DNA from: an uncultured archaeon | GTDB lineage: Archaea; Aenigmatarchaeota; Aenigmatarchaeia; Aenigmatarchaeales; Aenigmatarchaeaceae | Direction: 5' to 3' | NCBI GenBank assembly: GCA_964353745.1 | Contig: CAYGWD010000002.1 | Span: 1 to 61,705, forward strand | Length of the DNA stretch: 61,705 bases | Shown here: positions 7,457 through 17,551 of the stretch, one piece after another | Layout: every line of letters starts with the position of its first letter | Position numbering within the stretch: position 1 is the stretch's first letter | Notes under the pieces: generated by a model | The model's database searches: none | What the model was told of the DNA's origin: nothing | Seen by the model: only the letters and a program-made list of their open reading frames with translations | Made by a program: the position numbers and the translations under genes

Positions 7457-9334
7457 TCATTTCAATCTAATGGTTTCTAATAATTTCGGTGCCATTGTCT
7501 CGCATCTGAATATGTTATGACAGGTTCTTGCAAATTCTATGCACTTGCTGCTTTCTCCGTGGTCCACTATTATCCTTTCAGGAGCCTGTTTCAATCTGGA
7601 AATATAGTTTATCAGTTGTTTATGATCAGAGTGGCCTGACAGACCGTTGATGTTTGCTATCTCTAGGTTAATTGGTATGCCCATATTTCTTCCATTCTGT
7701 TCCATTGGTATTTCCTTCCAGCCTTTCTGTATTCTCCTGCCTAGGCTACCTTCAGCCTGGTAGCTTACGAAAACCAAGCTGTTGTTTTTATTCTCTGCCA
7801 GATTCTTTAACCACCAAACAGACGGTCCGCCTACGAGCATTCCGGATGTTGCAATAATAACGCAGGGTTCTTTTGCTTCCAAAACCTTTCTCCTTTCTTC
7901 CTCAGAACCTATCCTCTTGAATATCGGATTTGTAAATGGATTTTCACCTTGTTGCAGAATTAACTTTTGCAAGTCTCTGTTAAAATATTCTGGATAGGCA
8001 GTATGTATGGCGGTTGCATCCCAAACCATTCCGTCTATATATATGGGATGTTCAAAGCCAGCCCTTGATAGTATGACCATTACGTCTTGTGAACGCTCGA
8101 CAGCAAAGCTTGGAACCAATGCTATGCCACCTCTCTCAACAGTTCTCTTGCAGACATCTACCAATTGTGCTTCTGCTTCCTGTCTTTTTGGCATTATGTC
8201 TTCACTCGATCCATACGTGCTTTCTGTTATAACAGTTTCAGCTCTTTGGAAGTTGTTGCTCGTTGGCTCGAACAAGGCTGTCTTATCAAACTTATAGTCA
8301 GATGTATAGAGGACGTTGTGCATTCCATTTCCTATGTGTACATGAACAAGAGCACCGCCAAGAACGTGCCCCGAGTTCAACAGAGTCAGTCGCATGTCCG
8401 GTGTTATGTCAGAAACCTGGTCATAATCTAGGCATATCGTATGCTTAACAGCTTCTTTGATTTCTTTTGTTGAATAAGGAGGTATCGAGCCTTCTCTCTG
8501 CGCTAATTCAACATAATCCATGCATAATAAAACCATCAGATCTCTGGTTGGTGTTGTCATATAAAGAGGGCCTTCATAGCCGATCTTATACAAGTAAGGA
8601 ACCATACCTACATGATCTAAATGAGCATGAGAAACAACAACAGCGTTCAGTTTGTTGATATCGAATTCAGGGACGTTCAAGTAAGGATACTCGTTTGTTC
8701 CAGGTTTGATACCGCAATCCAACAGAACTTTGCTCTCTGGAGTTTGCAATAATAAAGCTGACCTGCCAACTTCTCTGAAACCTCCCAAAGCAGTTAATCT
8801 AACCCAATCAGTAGACTTCCAACCGCTATGAATGTGTTTGCCGACCTTGTCCAAGAACTCTTTTCTAAATCCAGACTCCTTGTGAATCAAATCCCTTAGA
8901 ACTTTAACAACATCGGAAGGAATCACAGGAGCTCTCTTAACAATGGGCAACCATAGGGTCTGTTTCTTTATTTCCTTTAGTATCTCTCCGCCCTTTCCTA
9001 TCACCAATCCTGGTTTCTCGGCTTCTATTGTCACTGTGCCGAATTCAGGCTCATAGTCTATGTCCTTCAAGCCAGCCTCTTCGGGAACAAGCTTCTTTAT
9101 TGCTTTCGAAGCATCTTCCATGTCAATGCAAATAGAAGGATCGGGTCTAAGAATTATCCTCTTCTTTAGCTTTGAGACTAACTCTTTTATCTCGGTTGCG
9201 TCTGATGTGAATAAATCCTTGTCCTTTGTGTAAAGAACTATCTCGCATCCCTCGAACCTTATGTCAGAGATGCTCACGCCAGGCAGGCTGCTCTTTACCC
9301 TTTCAAACAATTCACTAGTTTTTTCTTCAACCAT
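7457..9334 (-). CDS. fttA: archaeal CPSF1 beta-CASP ribonuclease with KH domains (transcription termination factor FttA/aCPSF1)
   Basis: N-terminal KH region, metallo-beta-lactamase HAHLDH, beta-CASP C-terminal half, ~625 aa. Confidence 0.9.
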   Translation of the reverse strand: MVEEKTSELFERVKSSLPGVSISDIRFEGCEIVLYTKDKDLFTSDATEIKELVSKLKKRIILRPDPSICIDMEDASKAIKKLVPEEAGLKDIDYEPEFGTVTIEAEKPGLVIGKGGEILKEIKKQTLWLPIVKRAPVIPSDVVKVLRDLIHKESGFRKEFLDKVGKHIHSGWKSTDWVRLTALGGFREVGRSALLLQTPESKVLLDCGIKPGTNEYPYLNVPEFDINKLNAVVVSHAHLDHVGMVPYLYKIGYEGPLYMTTPTRDLMVLLCMDYVELAQREGSIPPYSTKEIKEAVKHTICLDYDQVSDITPDMRLTLLNSGHVLGGALVHVHIGNGMHNVLYTSDYKFDKTALFEPTSNNFQRAETVITESTYGSSEDIMPKRQEAEAQLVDVCKRTVERGGIALVPSFAVERSQDVMVILSRAGFEHPIYIDGMVWDATAIHTAYPEYFNRDLQKLILQQGENPFTNPIFKRIGSEEERRKVLEAKEPCVIIATSGMLVGGPSVWWLKNLAENKNNSLVFVSYQAEGSLGRRIQKGWKEIPMEQNGRNMGIPINLEIANINGLSGHSDHKQLINYISRLKQAPERIIVDHGESSKCIEFARTCHNIFRCETMAPKLLETIRLK

Positions 9335-9359
9335 TTAATTCACCATTAGTTAGAAATTT

Positions 9360-9590
9360 TCATACTCGAATCATATATTTACGTCTATTTTCACGTCCTA
9401 ATCTTCTCATTTCATCATGCCATTTGGGATGCTTCCAAGGTTCCTTTATTTCTGCTGCGTTTACAACTTTGAGTCCTTTAATATATTCTTTATCTTCTGG
9501 AGGCAATTCTTCGCGGTGTTCTTTCATTTCTTCTGCTAATTTCTCTATTTCTTTTTCAGTTTTGCTTTCATAATCAACCATAAAAATCAA
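9360..9590 (-). CDS. small hypothetical protein
   Basis: Charged 70-76 aa ORF; start ambiguous. Confidence 0.35.
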   Translation of the reverse strand: MIFMVDYESKTEKEIEKLAEEMKEHREELPPEDKEYIKGLKVVNAAEIKEPWKHPKWHDEMRRLGRENRRKYMIRV

Positions 9591-9801
9591 AATTAAATTT
9601 TGTTTACAGAACTATTTTCTTGGAATTTTCCTCTCGTACCAAACTTTACAGCAATCTAGTTCATCCATGTCTTCAGTATGCAGTATTTCTCCTCTTTGTA
9701 CAGGTCCTGCTTTTTCGAATTTCTTTCCGATCCTTTCGCGAAATGTTTCACGATGTGAATAATTACTTTCCATAGATATATCATCTAAAGCTAATAAAAG
9801 A

Positions 9802-10413
9802 TTACATATACTTTTTCAATTCCTGCGATGTCAAGTCTCTATAACCGTTTTTATCAATGACTGCAATCTGTATTTCCTTTCCTCCGGATCCAATGTCCCT
9901 CTCGATCGCAGTCCTAATCGCTTTGATGATCAAGGCAATGGCTTCTTCGACTGTCATGCTTTCTTTGAATTCAGATTCCAAGACGCCGTAAGCAAAAGGA
10001 GAACCAGAACCAGTTGAATAAAACTTGTCCTTTACGTCAAATCCTCCCAAAGGATCGAATGAATATAAAACAGGTTGCTTGTCATAACCCGCCAGTATGA
10101 ATTGGTTCATGAAAGGATAATACTTTGAGCCTTGCAGTATGTTTGACAACAAGGTGGCAGCGCCCCTGATTGTTATGGGGCTTCTTTCTATTTTGTATAA
10201 TTTTAACTGAGCCTTCAAGATTCTGACTATTGCTAAAGCATCGCCAACCGAGCCCGCTATTGTCAGTCCTATGTGATCGTCTATCTGAAATATCTTCTGA
10301 GCTACTTTTGAGTCTACCATATATCCCATAGTGGATTTTTGTTCTGCGCCTATGACAACAGCGTCCTTTACGATTATACCAATGGTTGTTGTTCCTTTTT
10401 TTACATCCATCAT
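9802..10413 (-). CDS. psmB: proteasome subunit beta
   Basis: Short propeptide followed by the active-site TTTIGI; Ntn-hydrolase proteasome fold similarity throughout. Confidence 0.9.
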   Translation of the reverse strand: MMDVKKGTTTIGIIVKDAVVIGAEQKSTMGYMVDSKVAQKIFQIDDHIGLTIAGSVGDALAIVRILKAQLKLYKIERSPITIRGAATLLSNILQGSKYYPFMNQFILAGYDKQPVLYSFDPLGGFDVKDKFYSTGSGSPFAYGVLESEFKESMTVEEAIALIIKAIRTAIERDIGSGGKEIQIAVIDKNGYRDLTSQELKKYM

Positions 10414-10470
10414 TTCACCAGAAACTTCACAATTATCATAATTAATAATGAATATTTATAAAGGTTATGG

Positions 10471-11913
10471 TTAATAGCTCTTGGCAAAATTAGCAACGAC
10501 CTTAGCCTTTTTACCGCAAACTATGCAATCACAGAATACTTTCTCTTGTTCGAATGGTAAGTTTATTATCTTTGCTCCAGTGTCATCCTTTACCTTGTCC
10601 TCGCACTTCCTTTCTCCGCACCAGCATGATTGAATTATTCCGCCTTTTTTCAGGGCTGTTTTGAATTCATTGTAAGTCTTCACCTTGTGAGTGTTGCTCT
10701 TTAAAAAATCTAATGCCTTGTTGAACATGTTTTTGTGTATGTCATCAATCATTTCTTTTAGCTTCGATACGACGCTATCCACCTTTACTATATCCTTTTT
10801 GTTCGTATCCCTTCTGACCAAAACAACTTGTTTGTTCTTTACATCCTTTGGTCCTATCTCTAATCTTATTGGCACGCCTTTCAACTCCCATTCATTATAC
10901 TTGAATCCTGGGGAGAACTCTTCCCTGTCATCCAGTTTTGTTCTTAAATCAGCTTTTATCTTTTTTTCAATTTCTTTTGCCTCTTTTAAAATTTCTTCTC
11001 TTGTCTTCGAATCGTAAATAGGAACTATCACTACTTGAATAGGAGCAACTTTTGGAGGCAGGACCAAACCTTTATCGTCTCCATGTATTGCAATCATCAC
11101 ACCAATCTCTCTTGTTGTCATTCCAAATGTGTTTTGCCAGGCATATTGCTTCTTCTTTTCCTTGTCCAAGAAAGTTATATCAAATGCTTTTGCAAAGTTC
11201 TGACCATCATGATGAAAGTCAGGTCCTTGTATGGCTACTCCGTCAGGCATCAGATGTTCTATGCTTGACGTGAAGACAGCGCCTGCAAATTTTTCTTTAT
11301 CAGTCTTTCTTCCAGTAATTCCTGGCAAAGCCAACAAATCTTCTGTAGTTTTACTGTAAATTCCTAAAATTTCATCCCCTTCTGCTATTGCTTCTTTTTC
11401 ATTTGCAAAAACAGTATGACCTTCTTGCCATAAGAATTCTCTGGTTCTCAAAAATGGAATAGCATGCTTGAACTCCCATCTAACGACATTGTTCCATTGA
11501 TTGTATCTCATAGGCAAGTCTCTCCAAGATCTTATCCATTTTGAATAACTAGGATACATTATTGTCTCGGATGTTGGTCTTATAGCCAGTCTTTCATCCA
11601 GTTTGCTGTTACCAGTTTGAGTAACCCATGCAACCTCTGGAGAAAAACCCTCGACGTGCTCCTTTTCCTTGTTCAAGAGCTTTTCAGGAATGAATAATGG
11701 AAAGTAAACGTTCTGAATGCCAGCCTTTTTGAACTGGTCGTCTGTGAACCTCTGTATCTGTTCCCACATAAAGTAAGCGTCAGGTCTCAGGATTATGCAG
11801 CCTGAAACAGCGCTGTAATCGGCTAAACCAGATTTTAAAATAACCTCTATATACCACTTATCAAAATCATCCTTCTTGACAGACAAACCAAGTTCTTCGG
11901 ACATTTGATTCAC
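10471..11913 (-). CDS. proS: prolyl-tRNA synthetase (archaeal/eukaryotic type)
   Basis: Class II core, C-terminal zinc-binding domain and conserved terminal Tyr; ~480 aa. Confidence 0.9.
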   Translation of the reverse strand: MNQMSEELGLSVKKDDFDKWYIEVILKSGLADYSAVSGCIILRPDAYFMWEQIQRFTDDQFKKAGIQNVYFPLFIPEKLLNKEKEHVEGFSPEVAWVTQTGNSKLDERLAIRPTSETIMYPSYSKWIRSWRDLPMRYNQWNNVVRWEFKHAIPFLRTREFLWQEGHTVFANEKEAIAEGDEILGIYSKTTEDLLALPGITGRKTDKEKFAGAVFTSSIEHLMPDGVAIQGPDFHHDGQNFAKAFDITFLDKEKKKQYAWQNTFGMTTREIGVMIAIHGDDKGLVLPPKVAPIQVVIVPIYDSKTREEILKEAKEIEKKIKADLRTKLDDREEFSPGFKYNEWELKGVPIRLEIGPKDVKNKQVVLVRRDTNKKDIVKVDSVVSKLKEMIDDIHKNMFNKALDFLKSNTHKVKTYNEFKTALKKGGIIQSCWCGERKCEDKVKDDTGAKIINLPFEQEKVFCDCIVCGKKAKVVANFAKSY

Positions 11914-11953
11914 TTTTAATTTTGTTTATTCACATTTAAATTTGTTCTTAATT

Positions 11954-12712
11954 TTATTCCTTTGCTATGTTCCAAAGGAAATTAAATATTTCTTTCATGG
12001 TATTCGCAACATCTATATCTTTAATGTGCAGAAAATAAGGATAGTTAGTATATTTCATTATAAAGCTTGAATTTCCAGCGACTGTTATGCAACTTAAAGG
12101 AATTGATTTGAGATACCGTACTTCGCTTAATGAAGTCTTTTTTAAATCATTATAATACTTTGAACCCTTCTCGCAGAAAAGGAACCTCGCTTTAATTTTA
12201 TGTTTGACCCTAAAATTTTTGTGCCACTTTAACCATAACCTGTTAAAAGACTCATTCTTGTACGAAGTTACTCCCATCGCAAGCCATTCTTTTATTTCCC
12301 CTCTTTTTACCTCATATTCAATTTCTTTAAGCATTGCCTTTAACCCGTCTGAGTTTTTGTATGTGTTTGCAAAAAGCACTTTATCTTTCGTGATTTGTTT
12401 TAAAAATGGGATTATTCTGTTTGCATCTTTATTCAGATTTTCGATTCTTTTTCTTTCATCTTCTATCAGGTCAAAAAGTTTTTCTGGATTTGATGCATAG
12501 AACTTCTTTTTGTTTTCTACAACAGCGTAAGATGCCAGACCCTTTTTGATTAGTTTTTCAAGAATTTCATAAACTATCGAGGATGACACGCCAGAATTTT
12601 TTATTATCTCGGATTTTGCGGAGCTTCCTTTGAGAAGTGCTAGATAAACCTTTGCTTCGCCTTCTGTCAGTCCAAACTTTAGAAGATTAGAAAAGACCTT
12701 TTCAGTTCTCAT
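11954..12712 (-). CDS. TrmB-family transcriptional regulator
   Basis: N-terminal wHTH LTEGEAKVYLALLKGS...SSIVYEILEKLIKKGL, ~250 aa. Confidence 0.7.
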   Translation of the reverse strand: MRTEKVFSNLLKFGLTEGEAKVYLALLKGSSAKSEIIKNSGVSSSIVYEILEKLIKKGLASYAVVENKKKFYASNPEKLFDLIEDERKRIENLNKDANRIIPFLKQITKDKVLFANTYKNSDGLKAMLKEIEYEVKRGEIKEWLAMGVTSYKNESFNRLWLKWHKNFRVKHKIKARFLFCEKGSKYYNDLKKTSLSEVRYLKSIPLSCITVAGNSSFIMKYTNYPYFLHIKDIDVANTMKEIFNFLWNIAKE

Positions 12713-12802
12713 ACTTTTAGATTGATTTTAATAGATTTATTCATTTGGTTCACTAGCGGTGGTGAGCTAACAAATTAATCGCGTCGTAAATCATGATTTT
12801 AT

Positions 12803-13780
12803 ATGAGTGATTCAGCCTGTCTGTTCTCCCAGACTTCTTCTGTTAGGGTCGTGTGGGGAGTTTATGGAAAATGCAGTTTGGACTGCAGGCATTGCTCCGT
12901 GTCAAAGGAGGATTACAAGAATCCGGAAATAGACAAATACGAGCCTGTGATAAAGGATATGAAAACTTCAGGCGTAGATACTATTTACATGTCTGGTGGA
13001 GAACCTCTACTTTGGAAGCACAGTTTAGATTTTGTGAAGTTTGTTAAGGAAAATAGGATTGCTGCGACAATGGGAACCAATGGTACTGAATTAAACAAAG
13101 GGGTTGTTGAAAAACTTTCAGATTTGGGAATAGACAAGGTCTTTCTCAGTTTGGACTCTCACAAAGAAGATGTTCACAACTACCTTAGGGGAGAAAATGT
13201 TTTTAGAAAAGCTGTGAAAGGCATGGAACTGTTAGATGAACACGATGTTTACACAAGAGTGGATTCTGTTCTATGGAGAGAAAATTATAATAATTTAGAT
13301 GATTTTGTAGAATTCTGCAAAGATAAAGGTGCAGAAGAAATAGCTTTTGCTTGGCCTGTCAGGCTTGGAAATGCAATAAAAAACCCTGACATACTGATTC
13401 CTGAAGAAAAATATTTTGAAGTCGGGCAAAATTTGAAATCCCTAAAAGAAAAGCATTCGAATGAAATAAAGATTTCTTATCACAGGTTTGAAAAATTTGA
13501 TTCGGATTGCAAGGGTTGTAACGGAGGAAGAAGAATATTCTATCTTGACTGGAAAGGCCGTCTTAGCCCTTGCTTTTGGATTTCTAACATAGATTCAGAA
13601 TTCTTTACAAAGGAGAGCGTATTCGATAAGGATTTTTCTAGGCTGAAAGAAGATGAAACAATTGAAAAATTCATAAAAATGGAAGAAAAGAGAAAAGAAG
13701 GTTTTGGTCCAGGCTGTCCGGCAATATGCAACATATGTAATAAAAAAACTTGTTCTAAAGACCCTTTATTTGAACGCTGA
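12803..13780 (+). CDS. radical SAM protein with SPASM-like C-terminal Cys clusters
   Basis: CSLDCRHC (CX3CX2C); later CKGCNGG...SPC and GPGCPAICNIC. Confidence 0.75.
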   Translation: MSDSACLFSQTSSVRVVWGVYGKCSLDCRHCSVSKEDYKNPEIDKYEPVIKDMKTSGVDTIYMSGGEPLLWKHSLDFVKFVKENRIAATMGTNGTELNKGVVEKLSDLGIDKVFLSLDSHKEDVHNYLRGENVFRKAVKGMELLDEHDVYTRVDSVLWRENYNNLDDFVEFCKDKGAEEIAFAWPVRLGNAIKNPDILIPEEKYFEVGQNLKSLKEKHSNEIKISYHRFEKFDSDCKGCNGGRRIFYLDWKGRLSPCFWISNIDSEFFTKESVFDKDFSRLKEDETIEKFIKMEEKRKEGFGPGCPAICNICNKKTCSKDPLFER

Positions 13781-13781
13781 T

Positions 13782-14501
13782 TTAAACATTTATCTTTAGG
13801 TTTTTTAACGCATTCTCTAATGATTTTGTAGCATAACTTAAACCGCACTGAAGCTCAAAAGTAAAATAAGGAAAGTCTTCATTTGTGGAATCTCCCTGGT
13901 GCTCTGTTACCTGACTCATTACTGCAGAAACAATTCTCGGCATATACGCTTTCCATAAACTAATTATTTGTTCGTATTCTGCAGGATTTTCCTTGTGAAC
14001 CATAGTGGAAGAACCTACTCGTGGGGTTCCCCAAAATTCTTTATGACTAAACTCTTCTATTTCGCTTCTAAATTGATGTCTTACATCATTGGCAATGTTT
14101 GCTTCAACGGAAAGAGCCGAAGTCGAAAAATAAGAAAGGTCTGAAATTCTTTCATTTCTTTGTGCTTCCTCTAAGGCATCTAAAGCTAAAGGAAGTTTTC
14201 TAATGCATTCGATTCTATCTGATAGTCTGCTTGCATAGCCTGCAAAAACTTTTCCAACAGTTGTTTTCCCGACATGCTTTCCATCTACGCGTTTTGGAAT
14301 TTTTTTATCGCTGTTCTCTTTAGCTATGGTTGAGACTTTAGTTTCAAGCGAATCAAGCCTAGGAACAACTAATTCTGGAACAACTCTATTTAATTTGACT
14401 AGAACATCTGAATTCCCAAGTTCTATAATTTTTTTATGAAGTTCCTCGTCACCCGGAACATATCTATAGTCAATCGGACTAACAAAACTAAACCTGTCCA
14501 T
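13782..14501 (-). CDS. shortened fumarate-lyase-superfamily (adenylosuccinate-lyase-like) protein
   Basis: N-terminal SPIDYRY (compare PurB SPxDGRY) and signature GSSTMVHKENP, but only 239 aa versus ~430-450. Confidence 0.55.
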   Translation of the reverse strand: MDRFSFVSPIDYRYVPGDEELHKKIIELGNSDVLVKLNRVVPELVVPRLDSLETKVSTIAKENSDKKIPKRVDGKHVGKTTVGKVFAGYASRLSDRIECIRKLPLALDALEEAQRNERISDLSYFSTSALSVEANIANDVRHQFRSEIEEFSHKEFWGTPRVGSSTMVHKENPAEYEQIISLWKAYMPRIVSAVMSQVTEHQGDSTNEDFPYFTFELQCGLSYATKSLENALKNLKINV

Positions 14502-14705
14502 AACAATAAGAAACAGTTAAAATATTAAAAATTATGGTTTCAATATTTTTCTTATCCTTTCTAAACCTTTATTAATTTTTCTATGTATTAATTAGTATCT
14601 GTGATTTAATGCTGATAGGCATTTAACATCCTATCAATTAGAGAAACCAACAAAACGAATACACTCTGTTTCATTATTATTAATGTGTTCAATAATAAAA
14701 AGATT

Positions 14706-14846
14706 ATGGTTAAACTTCAGCAGACAAAAGACGGTCAGTTTTTTATAACATTTCCTAAGGCTTTGGTTCAAGCTAAGAAGTGGAACAAAGGCCAGGTTCT
14801 TAAGATATCTTTTAATGAAAGAGGTCATCTAGAGATAGAAGATTAA
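14706..14846 (+). CDS. AbrB/SpoVT (MazE-like) domain protein, 46 aa
   Basis: MVKLQQTKDGQFFITFPKALVQAKKWNKGQVLKISFNERGHLEIED is a typical swapped-hairpin pattern. Below the ORF-track length cutoff; replaces the antisense ORF 14634..14828. Confidence 0.5.
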   Translation: MVKLQQTKDGQFFITFPKALVQAKKWNKGQVLKISFNERGHLEIED

Positions 14847-15331
14847 GGCTTCTTTTCCTTTAGAGCTATAGAAAAATTAGGATTCAATATCCACAGCCAT
14901 TTACCTTTCTTTAATGGATCATATCTTCTAGCTACTATACCTAGATTCTCCAAACTAAAGAGCATATTGTCTAAAGTATGATAGGAAGGAATTTTAAATC
15001 CTCTCTGCTTCAACAGTTTCTCACCAGATTTAGAGAGGTTTGGCATGAATATTATAAATGGTGGTTCTTTTTGTTTTTGTAAAGAATTTTTTGCATCTTC
15101 TTTTGGAACTGAAAGTTTTATTTTATACCTGTCAGTTAATTTAAAGATATATTTTACTCTTAATAGTTGTGTTGTTGCTGGGCTTTCCTTCAGAACATCA
15201 ATTATATCTTTTTCTACGTCTGTTAGAATGCTATCAAGAACATCAATATTATCAAGAAGTTTTTTAGATAGAGGAGTAGCTGAAATAGAAGCTGTTTCAG
15301 GTTTTTCTTGTTTATAGCCTTCAAATACCAT
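14843..15331 (-). CDS. hypothetical protein of the integrated element
   Basis: Open frame; ATG at 15331 preferred over the TTG at 15349. Confidence 0.4.
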   Translation of the reverse strand: MVFEGYKQEKPETASISATPLSKKLLDNIDVLDSILTDVEKDIIDVLKESPATTQLLRVKYIFKLTDRYKIKLSVPKEDAKNSLQKQKEPPFIIFMPNLSKSGEKLLKQRGFKIPSYHTLDNMLFSLENLGIVARRYDPLKKGKWLWILNPNFSIALKEKKP

Positions 15332-15336
15332 TTTAA

Positions 15337-15430
15337 CACCTTGCAACAATTTTCAACAACATATATTCTTTAGTATAGTATGTATTTAAATATGTTAGCC
15401 TCTTCTATTATATTGCAGGTTGTTGCAGGT
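15337..15430. promoter_or_regulatory. divergent promoter region with repeated TTGCAGGT operator-like boxes
   Basis: TTGCAGGT at 15413-15420 and 15423-15430 (10-nt spacing) and an inverted, imperfect copy ACCTTGCAA at 15338-15346. TATA-like TTTAAATA lies between. Confidence 0.35.
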
Positions 15431-15438
15431 AGCTATCA

Positions 15439-15582
15439 TGAAAAAACCAATAACAATAAGACTAAAGGAAGAAACTTTGGAGAGATTGCATAAAGTTAAA
15501 GAAGATACAGGAATTTCAATCCAAACTCTTTTAGAAAAATCTTTTGAGAGGTCTGAATTTTATGTTGAACAAAAAAATTGAT
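15439..15582 (+). CDS. ribbon-helix-helix (CopG/Arc-like) protein, 47 aa
   Basis: MKKPITIRLKEETLERLHKVKEDTGISIQTLLEKSF follows the beta-strand/helix/helix pattern. Confidence 0.5.
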
Positions 15583-15709
15583 AATCAAACTTTAGAATGG
15601 AGAGAGATCTGGTCGAAAATCACAGATGAAAAACCTTCTGAAGTATTAAAAATGTTAAGGGAGGCCACAAAACCAAAGGCCTCATAATTTCGAGATTGGG
15701 AGAATCTCT

Positions 15710-15982
15710 ATGAATAATGTAGTTGAGCAAACTAATATTAATGAAAAGAGAAAGTTTGATTTTTCTGAGATTGTCTATCAAAGGATAGCTAGTTATTTTA
15801 ATAATCAATTCTTAATCCAGCAACCGATAGAACATCGAACTCTAAGAAAGTATGTCTGTCGAGTTTTTAGGATAAGAAAGAAAGATTGTCAATTTCTATT
15901 TCGTGAGATGGATTCAAGAGGCCTATTGCATCTCAATTCAAGAGGCATTACGATTCTAAAAAAACAGGAGGCGATTGTGTGA
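15710..15982 (+). CDS. hypothetical (possible wHTH) protein
   Basis: Open frame in the element. Confidence 0.35.
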   Translation: MNNVVEQTNINEKRKFDFSEIVYQRIASYFNNQFLIQQPIEHRTLRKYVCRVFRIRKKDCQFLFREMDSRGLLHLNSRGITILKKQEAIV

Positions 15983-16064
15983 TAACAAAAATGTATGTGG
16001 TGAACACAGAGAAGATAGACCACGAAAAATTGCAGAGTTTTATCTTGAGTGGGTATGAGAAAAA

Positions 16065-16187
16065 ATGAAGAAAGAGGTTTGGAGAGTTTGTAATGATTGT
16101 GGCTATGAATTCACAGAAAATAGTAGATATTGTCCTAGCTGTGAATCTGAAGATGTAGGAGAGTTTGAAGATGAAACAACTGTTTAA
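16065..16187 (+). CDS. zinc-ribbon protein, 40 aa
   Basis: CNDCGY...CPSC pairs. Confidence 0.35.
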   Translation: MKKEVWRVCNDCGYEFTENSRYCPSCESEDVGEFEDETTV

Positions 16188-16258
16188 TCCTGATTGTTCC
16201 AGGTGTAAAAGGTTTTGGCTATTGAATTGTTCAGCCAATACTATCAGATGTAGAAAAT

Positions 16259-17551
16259 TTGTTAGAGTTGAAGTTTATGCCAAATGATTTGAAAGAATAT
16301 TTAACACAGGAAAGAATAGAGTTAGAAAAGACTCAAGATAATCCTGAGCTTATTGAAATGCTAGATGATTGGTTAGATGCTTCTAGTGAGCAAGAGATTT
16401 TAGAAAATCCTAACCTTTTAAATACTATTGTCAAAGAAATTAGCAAAAAAGTAGTCGGAGAAGAGGAAACAATCAAGACAATATTGTTATCTTGTTTTGG
16501 TTCAAAGGTCGAGAACCATCAGATAGCCTCTTATAATCTATTGATTAATTCTGAATCTGGAGCTGGTAAGGATTTTGTAGCGTATAACACGATACAGATT
16601 TTACCCAAAGAAACCTGGCTGAAGAGGACCAGGATAACTCCTAATGTCTTTACTTATTGGCATAACCCAAAGTTTGAGCCTGAATGGTCCTGGGATGGAA
16701 GAATTTGTTATCTTGAAGATATTTCTGATACTGTAATGAACGCTGAAGTTTTCAAAACTATGTGTTCTAGTGGTTCTAGTGCTACTGTCTTGATAAATCA
16801 GATACCGATAGATATAGAGATAAAAGGAAAACCTGTAATGGTCCTAACTTCTGCTAATGCCTCTCCCAATACAGAAGTTACTAGAAGATTTACTATTGTT
16901 AACTTGGATGAGAGTGTTAACCAAACAGAAGCTATCATGAAAAGACAGGCCAATCATGAAACTAACGGATTGGAAGTTGAATATAATAAAAATCTGACAA
17001 ATGCTTTGGCCAAACTGAAAAGAATAAAGGTAAAGATACCTTATGCTGAAGTTTTACCTGAATTTTTACCTAAGAACTCAATTATAATGAGAACTCATTT
17101 CCAAAGATTTTTAGATCTAATAAAATCTTCTTGTGCATTACATCAATATCAGAGAGTTCAAGACGAAAATGATTTTTATTTAGCTGATGGTCAAGATTAC
17201 GATATTGCTAGAGAGGTATTGTTGAAGCTAACTTCTAATCCTTTTATGATTCCTTTAACTCACAACGATAAGAAATTGTTAGAAATATTTGATGACCTAG
17301 TAGAACCTATTAGTGCTAAAGAGTTGGAAGCTAAGGTTAACTTTCTGTCAGTAGCTCAGATGTATAACTTACTCAACAAGCTATCAAAATATGGATTTTT
17401 AGAAAAAACTATAAAGGAGTATGAAGATAGCAGAAAAAATTCTACTGCATGGTTTAAATCGGATTCAATTAAAGTTAGTCCTTTAAAAATTCCAAAATGG
17501 TCTGAAATCAAAGAAAATCTGCTGAATAATAAGAATGGTCAGAATGATTAG
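16259..17551 (+). CDS. P-loop NTPase, putative replication (SF3-helicase-like) protein of the element
   Basis: Walker A SESGAGKD, Walker B-like ICYLEDISD; largest ORF of the element; followed directly by an iteron array. Confidence 0.45.
   Translation: MLELKFMPNDLKEYLTQERIELEKTQDNPELIEMLDDWLDASSEQEILENPNLLNTIVKEISKKVVGEEETIKTILLSCFGSKVENHQIASYNLLINSESGAGKDFVAYNTIQILPKETWLKRTRITPNVFTYWHNPKFEPEWSWDGRICYLEDISDTVMNAEVFKTMCSSGSSATVLINQIPIDIEIKGKPVMVLTSANASPNTEVTRRFTIVNLDESVNQTEAIMKRQANHETNGLEVEYNKNLTNALAKLKRIKVKIPYAEVLPEFLPKNSIIMRTHFQRFLDLIKSSCALHQYQRVQDENDFYLADGQDYDIAREVLLKLTSNPFMIPLTHNDKKLLEIFDDLVEPISAKELEAKVNFLSVAQMYNLLNKLSKYGFLEKTIKEYEDSRKNSTAWFKSDSIKVSPLKIPKWSEIKENLLNNKNGQND

Noticed and set aside
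14634-14828. 64-aa minus-strand ORF from the track
   Set aside because: The plus strand encodes a clean 46-aa AbrB/SpoVT-like protein (14706..14846), so the minus ORF is most likely its shadow.
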